This document shows, piece by piece, positions 19,626 to 27,774 of a DNA stretch of 64,000 nucleotides; positions within the stretch are counted from its first letter, which is position 1; each line of letters opens with the position of its first letter. The stretch covers positions 179,335 through 243,334 of the forward strand of contig CAWCBS010000014.1 in the NCBI GenBank assembly GCA_963793875.1, read 5' to 3'. The translations under genes and the position numbers were made by a program. The notes beneath the pieces were generated by a model. That model searched no databases, was not told the DNA's origin, and saw nothing but the letters and a program-made list of their open reading frames with translations. The DNA comes from an uncultured Chloroflexia bacterium (GTDB taxonomy: Bacteria > Chloroflexota > Dormibacteria > Aeolococcales > Aeolococcaceae).

Positions 19626-19765
19626 CCTGGCCGCTGCTCACGGTGCTCGCTCTGGTGGCGGTGAGCCTCGGCCTCCGTGAGCGTCCCCGGCGAGCCCAGG
19701 CGGTCGCCCTCCTGGTCACGGCGGTGGCTCTCGGCTACGCATGGATCGGCCTGGCCAGGGCGTGA
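19622..19765 (+). CDS. possible 47-aa two-helix membrane peptide
   Basis: GTG overlaps the TGA of the ATPase gene (GTGA). Translation: [47 protein letters not shown]. High GC3. Overlaps the wzy start by 25 nt. Confidence 0.3.
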   Translation: MTWPLLTVLALVAVSLGLRERPRRAQAVALLVTAVALGYAWIGLARA

Positions 19766-21312
19766 CCGCCCTGGCGGTCACCGGTCCCTCGGTCGCCGAT
19801 CTCCAGCGGCTCGCCCGGCTCCGGACCTGGATCGCGGCGGGTGCCGGCGTCATCCTCGCCATCCTGGTCGGCCTCGGCGCGGGCGCCATCAGCAGCGCTC
19901 ACAGCTACCTCGTGGTCGTCGGCATCGGCGCCGCCCTGGCCCTGCCCTTCATCTGGTGGCGACGGCCGGCCGCAGGGGTGCTGACCCTTCTCGTCGGGGC
20001 CACCGTGATCGAGGAGTTCGGGTACTCGGTGGGCATCAACGGTCTCGACGCCTTCACCGACCGCATCCCCCTGTACGCCAGCCTGCAGAGCGTGTTCGGC
20101 GGCTCAGGGATGGTGATGAGCCCGATGGACATCGCGGTCGTCGTCCTCCTCCTGGTGTGGCTGACCCGCGGGGCCACCCAACGCAGCCTCGGGCTGCCGC
20201 ACTCCCAGGTGGCGGCCACGCTCGGGGTGGTCGTCCTGCTGGCCGGCGCCGCTCTGGTCCGCGGCCTGGTCGCCGGCGCCAACAGCACCGATACCGCGGC
20301 CACCCTGTGGGAGGTGCGGCCGTGGATCTACCTGGCCGCCTCCTTCCTCTTCGCCTCCCAGGTCATCAGGAGCGGGCGGGCGGTTCAGGCGGTGCTCTGG
20401 ACCTTCGTGCTGGGCACCGGCTTCAAGGCACTCCAGGGGGTGTACATCTTCGTCCGGACCCGCGATGAGGTTCCTCGACCCGAGGCCATCCTGGGCCACG
20501 AGGAGTTGATCTTCTTCAGCCTCTTCCTGATCCTCACCCTCTGCCTCTGGCTCTACGGGCAGCGCGGGCGGTTGCGCGCGACGGCGACCGCGCTGGCGCC
20601 GTTCGTGATCATCGCCGACGTCGGCAACACCCGGCGCGACGCCTTCCTCATCCTCGCCGCCGAGCTGCTCGTGATGGCCGTCCTGACCTACCTGGCGCTT
20701 CCCGAGCGCCGGGTGCTGCTGCGCCGGGTCACCGCCCTCGCGCTGGTCGGCTTCGCTCTCTACCTCCCGCTGGAGTGGAACGGGACCGGCACCCTGGCCG
20801 AGGTTGCGGTGGCGGTGCGTTCGGGCATCGCCCCGGACGCGCGCGACGCCCAGTCCAACGCCTACCGCGTCGCCGAGGACGCCAACCTGGGAGTGATGAT
20901 CAAGCAGGACCCGCTCTTCGGCACCGGCTTCGGGGTGCCCATCAACTACAGCACCTTCCCGATCGTCGACATCACCGACGTCGACAGCTTCATCGTCTAC
21001 GTGCCTCACAACGGGGTGCTGTACGTCTGGATGAGGATGGGCATCCTCGGGGAGGTGGCCCTCTGGATGTTCGCCGCCGCCGCCGTGCTGGCCGGGACGC
21101 GCGCTTCCCGGTCGCCGAACCGCCAGCTCTCACTGATCGGCACCTTGACCACCTGCACCGCGGTGGGATGGGTGATCATGGGCTACACCGACATGGGCTT
21201 CTGGTGGTTCCGCATCGCTATCGCCTTCGGCTGCCTGCTCGGCCTTCTCCACGCCGTCACGGCCATGGAGGCGGCAGCGCGGGCGCGCGAGCGCGCTGCG
21301 GGACCGGCGTGA
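19741..21312 (+). CDS. wzy: O-antigen ligase/polymerase family (Wzy-like) membrane protein
   Basis: 523 aa, more than 10 TM segments, and a large loop with [26 protein letters not shown]...[17 protein letters not shown], typical of the Wzy_C family. Confidence 0.8.
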   Translation: MDRPGQGVTALAVTGPSVADLQRLARLRTWIAAGAGVILAILVGLGAGAISSAHSYLVVVGIGAALALPFIWWRRPAAGVLTLLVGATVIEEFGYSVGINGLDAFTDRIPLYASLQSVFGGSGMVMSPMDIAVVVLLLVWLTRGATQRSLGLPHSQVAATLGVVVLLAGAALVRGLVAGANSTDTAATLWEVRPWIYLAASFLFASQVIRSGRAVQAVLWTFVLGTGFKALQGVYIFVRTRDEVPRPEAILGHEELIFFSLFLILTLCLWLYGQRGRLRATATALAPFVIIADVGNTRRDAFLILAAELLVMAVLTYLALPERRVLLRRVTALALVGFALYLPLEWNGTGTLAEVAVAVRSGIAPDARDAQSNAYRVAEDANLGVMIKQDPLFGTGFGVPINYSTFPIVDITDVDSFIVYVPHNGVLYVWMRMGILGEVALWMFAAAAVLAGTRASRSPNRQLSLIGTLTTCTAVGWVIMGYTDMGFWWFRIAIAFGCLLGLLHAVTAMEAAARARERAAGPA

Positions 21313-21953
21313 GCGCGCCCATCGAGTGGGCGCGCGCGGCGGCGCCGCCCAGCCTCAACTGGGCGCTGCGGTTCACGGGGGCGCAGGCGCTCGGCTATCT
21401 GAGCAACCATGTCGTCAACCGCATCCCCAGCTACTCCCTGCGCCGCCTCTGGTACCGCCACGTCCTGGGCATCCGCATCGGTCGCGGCGCGAGCGTCCAG
21501 CTGGGGGTGAGGGTCTGGTTCCACGGTCTCAATCAGATCCGTCGCGGCGGGCCCTGGGAGGCGAATCCGGAAGGCACCAGGATCGGCGCGGGAACCCGGG
21601 TCAGTCGCGACTGCACCCTGGACACCCGCGGCGGCCTGCGCATCGGCGACCACGTCAGTATCTCGCCGGAGGCGGTGATTCTCACCGCGGACCATGGTCA
21701 CAACCGTCGCGGCTTCCCGCTCCGGCACCGGCCCGTGGTCATCGAGGATCGCGCCTGGATCGGAATGCGAGCCATGATCCTTCCCGGCGTCCGGGTCGGC
21801 CGGGGCGCGGTGGTCGCCGCCGGAGCCGTGGTGAGCCGGGACGTCGCGCCGCTGACCGTGGTCGCCGGGGTGCCGGCCCGCGCCATCGGGCACCGCGACG
21901 CCGAGGCCCTGGACTACGTGCTCGACGACGAGCCCCTGCCGCTCTTCGAATGA
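21309..21953 (+). CDS. hexapeptide-repeat (LbH) O-acetyltransferase
   Basis: GTGA overlap with wzy. Contains [18 protein letters not shown]...[49 protein letters not shown]. Confidence 0.85.
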   Translation: MSAPIEWARAAAPPSLNWALRFTGAQALGYLSNHVVNRIPSYSLRRLWYRHVLGIRIGRGASVQLGVRVWFHGLNQIRRGGPWEANPEGTRIGAGTRVSRDCTLDTRGGLRIGDHVSISPEAVILTADHGHNRRGFPLRHRPVVIEDRAWIGMRAMILPGVRVGRGAVVAAGAVVSRDVAPLTVVAGVPARAIGHRDAEALDYVLDDEPLPLFE

Positions 21954-23014
21954 TTCACGGAACGCTGACGGAGAACCTCGGGGCACCGGGGGCCGAGGCG
22001 GAGCGCCGGGCGGCGCGACTGACGGTCGAGCCCCTCGGCGTCGATGACGCGTGGGACTTTCACCGCCGCCACGCCGAGCTGACCACGCCCTTCACCCGGC
22101 CCGATTTCGCCGACCTTCTCTCCGCCGCCTACCGCCGGCCGCTGCTCCGTCTCGGGGTCGTCGGGGCCGCCGGGCTGGAGGCGGTGGTCCAGATCCCGGT
22201 TCGACGACGGGCATGGCTCGCCACCGCCCCCCAGGTCCCCTTCCCCTACGTCGGCCTGATGACCGACAGCCGCGACCATCTGCCCTCCCAGATCCTGGCC
22301 ATCCGCCGCGCCCTCTCCCGAGCGCGGGTCGGCTTCGCCGTGCTCAGCCTCCCGCCCCAGCTGGCCATGGCCGCGGCGGGGCTGAGTGGTGCCGGCGTCT
22401 ACGTGCACGAGAGGACCACCTGCATCCTGGCCACCGACGCGCAGTCGGTGGAGGCGACGGCCGCGCGCTGGGGGCGGTCGGTTCACCGCGCCATGCGGGC
22501 GGGCCTGCGCATCGAGGCGGCGACAGCCGCGGAGATGAGCGGGGTGCTGGGCCAGCTCACCTCCCGAGTTCTGCTCCGGTCGTCGAGCATGGCTCCGGAG
22601 TACCCGGGGCCGCTCTTCCCCCTGGCTTGGGAGGCGTTGCAGGGCGACGCCGACTTCCTGGCCCGGGTGGCGCACGCGGGTCATGACGTGGTCGGCCTCA
22701 TGGTCTCGCTGCGACAGGGTCGCACCCTGTACGCCGACGGGATCGCGGAGCGTCCGGAGATCCTCGGGGTGCTCCTCCTCGACCTCGCGCGGGTCGCGGC
22801 GGAGCGCGGCTGCACGGCCTGCGATGTGACCGGCGGGCCGCCCCGGGTCGTCGCCTTCAAGCAGCGCTGGGGGGCGAGCCTCTCCAGCTATGCCGACGTC
22901 CACCTCAGGGACCCGCTGCTGGGAGCCGCCCTCGACGGGTGGCGCCGGGCCCGGCGGCTGGGCAGGCTGCACCGGCGCCCGGAGGCGCCATCCTGGCCCA
23001 GGCCAGCCGGCTGA
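21950..23014 (+). CDS. FemAB/BioF2-like (GNAT-fold) acyltransferase-like protein
   Basis: ATGA overlap with the acetyltransferase gene. Overall pattern resembles the other two family members (…[23 protein letters not shown]...[10 protein letters not shown]). Confidence 0.6.
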   Translation: MIHGTLTENLGAPGAEAERRAARLTVEPLGVDDAWDFHRRHAELTTPFTRPDFADLLSAAYRRPLLRLGVVGAAGLEAVVQIPVRRRAWLATAPQVPFPYVGLMTDSRDHLPSQILAIRRALSRARVGFAVLSLPPQLAMAAAGLSGAGVYVHERTTCILATDAQSVEATAARWGRSVHRAMRAGLRIEAATAAEMSGVLGQLTSRVLLRSSSMAPEYPGPLFPLAWEALQGDADFLARVAHAGHDVVGLMVSLRQGRTLYADGIAERPEILGVLLLDLARVAAERGCTACDVTGGPPRVVAFKQRWGASLSSYADVHLRDPLLGAALDGWRRARRLGRLHRRPEAPSWPRPAG

Positions 23015-23069
23015 TCCCGCTCCGGGGGTCGCGGGAGGGGCTGCGCCCGCCTCATGAGCGGGCCCTCGG

Positions 23070-23723
23070 CTACAGCTGGACCAGCCCCTTGCGGGCCGCG
23101 TAGAGGACCGCCTGGGAGCGATCGAAGATCTGCAGCTTCTCGTACATGTTGCTGATGTGATTGCGGACCGTCTTCTCGCTGATCGAGAGCTTGTAGGCGA
23201 TCTGCTTGTTGGCCGAGCCGCCGGCGATGAGCTTGAGGATCTCGATCTCGCGCGCCGTCAGGCCGTCGTAGAAGTCCTTGGGGGTGGTGTCTCCGGTGAG
23301 CATGTCCAGGACCCGCTGGGCCACCGGCCCCGCCATCACCCGCTCCCCCGATATCACCGTGAAGATGCTGGAGATGATGGCCTCGGGGGTGGAGTCCTTG
23401 AGAACGTAGCCGCTCGCACCCGCGCGCAGCGCCGCCAGCACCTGGCTGTCGGCCTCGAAGGTGGTGAGCACCAGCACCGGCACCCCGGGCATGCTCGCCG
23501 TGATCTGCTCGGTCGCCTTGATGCCGTCCAGGTTGGGCATCTTGACGTCCATCAGCACGACGTCCGGGGCCACCTCGCGGCAGCGCCGGACAGCCTCCAC
23601 GCCATCGCTCGCCTCGGCCACCACGGTCACCCGGGGGTCGGCGTTGAGGAGACGGGCGAGCCCGGCACGGAAGAGGGTTTGATCATCGGCGATGAGGACC
23701 CGCACGGGCTTGGTTTCGATCAT
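23070..23723 (-). CDS. NarL/LuxR-family response regulator
   Basis: MIETKPVRVLIADDQTLFRAGL...VVLMDVKMPNLDG (receiver domain) and LTAREIEILKLIAGGSANKQIAYKLSISEKTVRNHISNMYEKL (LuxR HTH). ATGA overlap with the kinase gene. Confidence 0.92.
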   Translation of the reverse strand: MIETKPVRVLIADDQTLFRAGLARLLNADPRVTVVAEASDGVEAVRRCREVAPDVVLMDVKMPNLDGIKATEQITASMPGVPVLVLTTFEADSQVLAALRAGASGYVLKDSTPEAIISSIFTVISGERVMAGPVAQRVLDMLTGDTTPKDFYDGLTAREIEILKLIAGGSANKQIAYKLSISEKTVRNHISNMYEKLQIFDRSQAVLYAARKGLVQL

Positions 23724-24382
23724 CGGGAGCCTCCCCGCGGGACGACGCAGCGCACCGTGGTTCCGCCTCCGGGGAGGGTGTCGAGGGAGACCCGCCCGTT
23801 GAGGAGGCGGGCCCGCTCGCGCATCCCGCGCAGCCCGAAGCCGTCTTCCCCGTTCAGCATCCCCTGACCGTTGTCGGCGACGGTGAGCGCCAGGGAGGCG
23901 TTCAACGCCTGCAGAGTGACCGTCACGTGGGTGGCCCCGCTGTGACGGCGCGCGTTGCAGAGCGCCTCGGAGACGATCCGGATGAGATGCCAGGCCTGAT
24001 GCGAGGGCAGCTCGTCCGGCCACGAGTGGACGACCAGGTCGACCTCGATGCCGGTCATGCCGGCGAGCTGCTCCAGCCGCTCGCGGACGGTGTCGGCAAA
24101 GCCCGTCTCGGTGGCGGGCTCGTCGCGCAGCTCGTAGAGGAGACGGCGGAGCTCCTCGAGCGCCGCCCGACTGGTGGCCTGCAGGCGTTCGAGGCCGGTG
24201 GAGGCGGCAGCCCTCTTCATCTGCTCGATCTCCACCACCATCAGGGTGAGGTGCTGGACGGCTCCGTCGTGGAGCTCACGCGCGAGCCATTCGCGGGCCG
24301 CGGCGAGGGCTTCGGGCTCGACGCCAACGGCGGCCTGCGGCATGGAGGAACCCGATGGGGAATCCAATACCGTGGGCACCAT
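23720..24382 (-). CDS. histidine kinase, HisKA_3 + HATPase_c only (no TM or sensor domain)
   Basis: 220 aa. H-box ARELHDGAVQHLT at about residue 35, N-box EALCNARRHSGA, G-boxes VADNGQGM and GFGLRGMRERA. Confidence 0.85.
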   Translation of the reverse strand: MVPTVLDSPSGSSMPQAAVGVEPEALAAAREWLARELHDGAVQHLTLMVVEIEQMKRAAASTGLERLQATSRAALEELRRLLYELRDEPATETGFADTVRERLEQLAGMTGIEVDLVVHSWPDELPSHQAWHLIRIVSEALCNARRHSGATHVTVTLQALNASLALTVADNGQGMLNGEDGFGLRGMRERARLLNGRVSLDTLPGGGTTVRCVVPRGGSR

Positions 24383-24434
24383 ACCCCCCCTTCGATCAGC
24401 GACCCGGAGTCACCCCGCTCCGCTAGGAGCCCGG

Positions 24435-24626
24435 ATGATGAGCGACTCGTGCAGCGTCTGGCCTGAGTTGATCATCATGGTCGATTCGGCGGGATCTCCA
24501 CCCGAGGAGGAAGTCGTGGATCAACTCGGGGCATGGCCTCTACGCGTGCAGGGTCGCGAATCCTTTGCGCCAAGGCCGAATGGCCTAGATAGTCTTCTGA
24601 CGTTCACATCCAGAAGCCCGTTGTGA
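24435..24626 (+). CDS. very tentative 63-aa ORF in an AT-richer spacer
   Basis: TAGGAG lies 6 nt before the ATG. Translation: MMSDSCSVWPELIIMVDSAGSPPEEEVVDQLGAWPLRV... Third-position GC is clearly lower than in neighbouring genes. Confidence 0.15.
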   Translation: MMSDSCSVWPELIIMVDSAGSPPEEEVVDQLGAWPLRVQGRESFAPRPNGLDSLLTFTSRSPL

Positions 24627-24719
24627 AGAGACCCGCGCGACCGCCGGTGGCGTTGTGATGGTGGCGCCGCCGCCAAGCTCTTCGCGGCTCGACCGACGGC
24701 CCCGCGGGTGCGGCTCAGC

Positions 24720-26015
24720 TCAGCCCAGCGCCTGGAGGTGGGCCTGGTAGTAGGCGCCCTCGCCGGCCGTTGGCGTCCCATCCGTCATTGACGTGACCAG
24801 GACGTCGTCGGCGTCCTCCCACGAGTTCCAGGTCCATGCCAGGTAGCTCAGGCCGTGCGCGTCGGCCCACGGCAGGAAGGTGGGCAGGAAGGTCTCCGGG
24901 CCGGCGGACGAGTCACCCGTCTCGCCGACGATGACCGGATGGGCGACCGCCAGCGGGGCGATCACCCTGTTCCAGCAGGAGGCCGTATCGCAGCTCTCAC
25001 CCGGGTAGCTGTGCCACGAGACCACGGTGTTCGCATCGCCGGACCCCCACTTGACGAAGGACGACGCCCACTGCGAACAGTCGTTGGCCCAGTCGACGCA
25101 GCCGGCCATGATCACGTTGGGGGCGCCCGCCGAGCGGATGTCCGCGGTGAGCTGGTCGAAGCCCGCGGTCTGCCAGTTGGCGGTGACCGTGTAGGGCGAG
25201 CCGCCGGTGACGTACTCACTCAGGGTGCAGCCCTGCCAGAGGCACTGCCAGGCGTTCTCGCCCGAGGTCAGCCAGTAGTAGTACGGCTCGTTGTAGAGGT
25301 CGAACAGGACGTCGGGGTCTGAGCCGAAGGTGGCGGCCACGCCGGTCCAGAAGGCAGGCGAGTGGTCCTCGTCCGGGGCTGGGTTCTGCGCCAGCGCCGC
25401 CTGGGTCCCGGGTGCGTTCCAGTGGAGGTCGAGGATGACGTAGAGGCCAGCGGCGTTGAGGTCGCTCACCAGTTTGACGATGGCGCTCTGGTAGGCGGCG
25501 CCGCCGATCTCGACCCCGTTGACGTCGAGCCAGCAGTCCTCGTTGAGGGGGATGCGCACCGCGTTGATCCCCCAGGATCTCATCGCCGCGAAGGTGGCGG
25601 GATCGTCCTCGGGCTGGCCGCCGAAGGGGTCGGCGGTCCAGTTCTGGGCACAGACGGACTCCGTGCCGCTCATGTCGGCCCCGCGCAGCACGACGGTGGC
25701 GCCGGTGGAGTTCACCAGGCGGTTGCCGTCCACGCGGAGCCCCGCCGCCGGCGGCGGGGTCGGGGACGCCGAGCTCGACCGGGGCGTCGTCGTCGTCGTC
25801 GTCCTCGACGTCCCGGTGGCGGTCGGGGCGGAGCTCGAGGTCGCGGGCGAAGGCAGGACGAACTCGGGGGCGGTGGGGAGGGCGGACGGCGAGGAGGGCA
25901 CCGTCGGCCGCGCCGACGGCACCAGGCTCGTGCTGGCCTGGCTGCACGCTCCGCTGATGGCGGCGGCCACACCGAGCAGAGCCACCGCCGTCAGCCGCGA
26001 GGCCCGAGGTCTCAT
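24720..26015 (-). CDS. GH5 glycoside hydrolase (cellulase/mannanase-like), probable lipoprotein with a Ser/Thr/Pro linker
   Basis: MRPRASRLTAVALLGVAAAISGACSQ (signal peptide plus Cys). Acid/base motif FDLYNEPY and nucleophile motif IVGETGDS. GGGAGG lies 8 nt upstream of the ATG at 26015. Confidence 0.9.
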   Translation of the reverse strand: MRPRASRLTAVALLGVAAAISGACSQASTSLVPSARPTVPSSPSALPTAPEFVLPSPATSSSAPTATGTSRTTTTTTPRSSSASPTPPPAAGLRVDGNRLVNSTGATVVLRGADMSGTESVCAQNWTADPFGGQPEDDPATFAAMRSWGINAVRIPLNEDCWLDVNGVEIGGAAYQSAIVKLVSDLNAAGLYVILDLHWNAPGTQAALAQNPAPDEDHSPAFWTGVAATFGSDPDVLFDLYNEPYYYWLTSGENAWQCLWQGCTLSEYVTGGSPYTVTANWQTAGFDQLTADIRSAGAPNVIMAGCVDWANDCSQWASSFVKWGSGDANTVVSWHSYPGESCDTASCWNRVIAPLAVAHPVIVGETGDSSAGPETFLPTFLPWADAHGLSYLAWTWNSWEDADDVLVTSMTDGTPTAGEGAYYQAHLQALG

Positions 26016-26282
26016 GGGTGCCGCCTCCCGTCGGAGGAGTGTATCGCCTCCCACCAGCTCCCGCCTCGGGCGCCCCCCGCTGAGCCGTGCGCCGGCCCGT
26101 CGGCGTCGGAGCGGCTGCCGTCCGTGCGGATCACCTGGGTCCCGGCCCAGGCGAGCACGCCCCGCGTCCGCCGGCCCGTATCCGCCCGACCGCATCGGTC
26201 GGATCGGAACCGGTGTGGCGGGCGGCGGCGGCCAGGGGCGACGCACCGGCGCGATAGGGCGGCAGTTGGGACCAGGAGTTGA

Positions 26283-26311
26283 TTGCGACCGGGTCGCAAC
26301 TGTGCTAGGCT
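26283..26311 (+). promoter_or_regulatory. putative sigma-70 promoter (TTGCGA-17 nt-TAGGCT, with TGc extended -10) overlapped by the perfect palindrome TTGCGACC-g-GGTCGCAA (26283..26299)
   Basis: Read directly from the sequence. Lies about 40 nt upstream of the NiCoT ATG and is followed by GGGAGGGG (SD). Confidence 0.4.
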
Positions 26312-26349
26312 GGCGGGGACGGGTTCCGGACGGCGGGAGGGGCTGTGCC

Positions 26350-27444
26350 ATGTCGACGATGGCCGCGAAATGGACGACCGCGCGCAGTGCGCTGACCGCT
26401 CGCGAATGGCGTCACGTGGGCGGGATGGTGGGGACCATCCTCACCCTGCACATCCTCGGCTGGGGGATCTTCATCGTGGCCATCCTCCCGCAGCACTACA
26501 AGCTGCTCGGGTTGGGGGTCGCGGTCACCGCCTACACCCTCGGGATGCGCCACGCCTTCGACGCCGATCACATCTCGGCGATCGACAACACCACCCGCAA
26601 GCTGATGGCGGAGGGGAAGCGGCCGCTCTCCACCGGGTTCTTCTTCTCGCTCGGTCACTCGACGATCGTCTTCTGTCTCGGCATCGGCATGACCGTCGCC
26701 GCCAAGGCGCTGATCGGCCAGGTCAGCAACACCAGCTCGGTGCTGCAGAGCTTCGGTGGCCTCTTCGGAACGCTGGTGTCCGGATTCTTCCTCTACATGA
26801 TCGCGATCCTCAACCTGGTCATCCTAGTGGGCATCGTCAAGGTCTTCCTGGAGATGCGACGGGGCCGGTACAGCGACCACGAGCTTGAGCACCAGCTCAA
26901 CCAGCGGGGCCTGATGTTCCGGTTCTTCGGGGGTCTGATGCGGAGCATCCACAGCCCCTGGCAGATGTACCCGGTGGGCATCCTCTTCGGGCTCGGCTTC
27001 GACACCGCGACCGAGGTCGCCCTGCTCGCCGCCACCGCCGGAGCCGCCACCGTGGGGCTTCCCTGGTACGCGATCCTCAGCCTGCCGATCCTCTTCGCCG
27101 CGGGGATGACGGTCTTCGACACCCTGGACGGATCGTTCATGAACTTCGCGTACGGCTGGGCGTTCTCCAAGCCGGTGCGCAAGGTCTACTACAACATCAC
27201 CATCACCGGGCTCTCGGTGGCGGTGGCGCTGCTGATCGGCACCATCGAGCTCTTCGGCCTACTGGCCACCGAGCTCAAGCTCTCGGGGCCGTTCTGGCAC
27301 TACGTCTCCGGCTTCGACATCAACCAGGCCGGGTTCATCATCGTCGGCCTGTTCGTGGTGACCTGGGTGGTGGCCCTCGCCATCTGGCGCTTCGGGCGCA
27401 TCGAGCAGCGCTGGACCGCGGCGGCGAGCCGGAGCCGCTCCTGA
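26350..27444 (+). CDS. NiCoT (HoxN/HupN/NixA) nickel/cobalt permease
   Basis: Signature LGMRHAFDADHISAIDNTTRK in TM2, then FFFSLGHSTIV and LGFDTATEVALL. Eight hydrophobic segments. Confidence 0.9.
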   Translation: MSTMAAKWTTARSALTAREWRHVGGMVGTILTLHILGWGIFIVAILPQHYKLLGLGVAVTAYTLGMRHAFDADHISAIDNTTRKLMAEGKRPLSTGFFFSLGHSTIVFCLGIGMTVAAKALIGQVSNTSSVLQSFGGLFGTLVSGFFLYMIAILNLVILVGIVKVFLEMRRGRYSDHELEHQLNQRGLMFRFFGGLMRSIHSPWQMYPVGILFGLGFDTATEVALLAATAGAATVGLPWYAILSLPILFAAGMTVFDTLDGSFMNFAYGWAFSKPVRKVYYNITITGLSVAVALLIGTIELFGLLATELKLSGPFWHYVSGFDINQAGFIIVGLFVVTWVVALAIWRFGRIEQRWTAAASRSRS

Positions 27445-27538
27445 GCCGCTGGTGAGGTCCGGCGGTCGGGGTGCGACGGTCGACCCCGGGGGTCGCCGGC
27501 GGGGCGACCGGCCCTGGGGTGACCCGGGATGGATCGCG

Positions 27539-27571
27539 GGGGCCCCGCGGTGGGCGGCCCCGCGGGGTCCC
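27539..27571 (+). terminator. GC-rich hairpin (12-bp stem with one G-U pair, 9-nt loop), possible factor-independent terminator of the NiCoT gene
   Basis: GGGGCCCCGCGG-tgggcggcc-CCGCGGGGTCCC. There is no U tract. Confidence 0.2.
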
Positions 27572-27774
27572 TGAACGGTGGGGGACCCCTCCCGGCGCCG
27601 GGACGGCGGCCGGCCGCCCGGGCCGGCGGGCCAGGTTTGGGGAACTGCGCCCGGGGTGATGATCCGGGATAGAGTGAACGACGAGCCCGGCCGATGGGGG
27701 AGGCCGCTGCTATCATCGGCCGGCTTCGGGCCCACCCCGACGAGGCGGCCGGCGCCCCCTGCCATAGGACACCA

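Noticed and set aside
26016-26349. Possible cobalamin or NiCo riboswitch upstream of the NiCoT permease
   Set aside because: Fragments such as GCAACTGT and CCAGGAG occur, but in the wrong order and spacing for the B12 element. The predicted 5' UTR is only about 30 nt. NiCo riboswitches control exporters, not importers.
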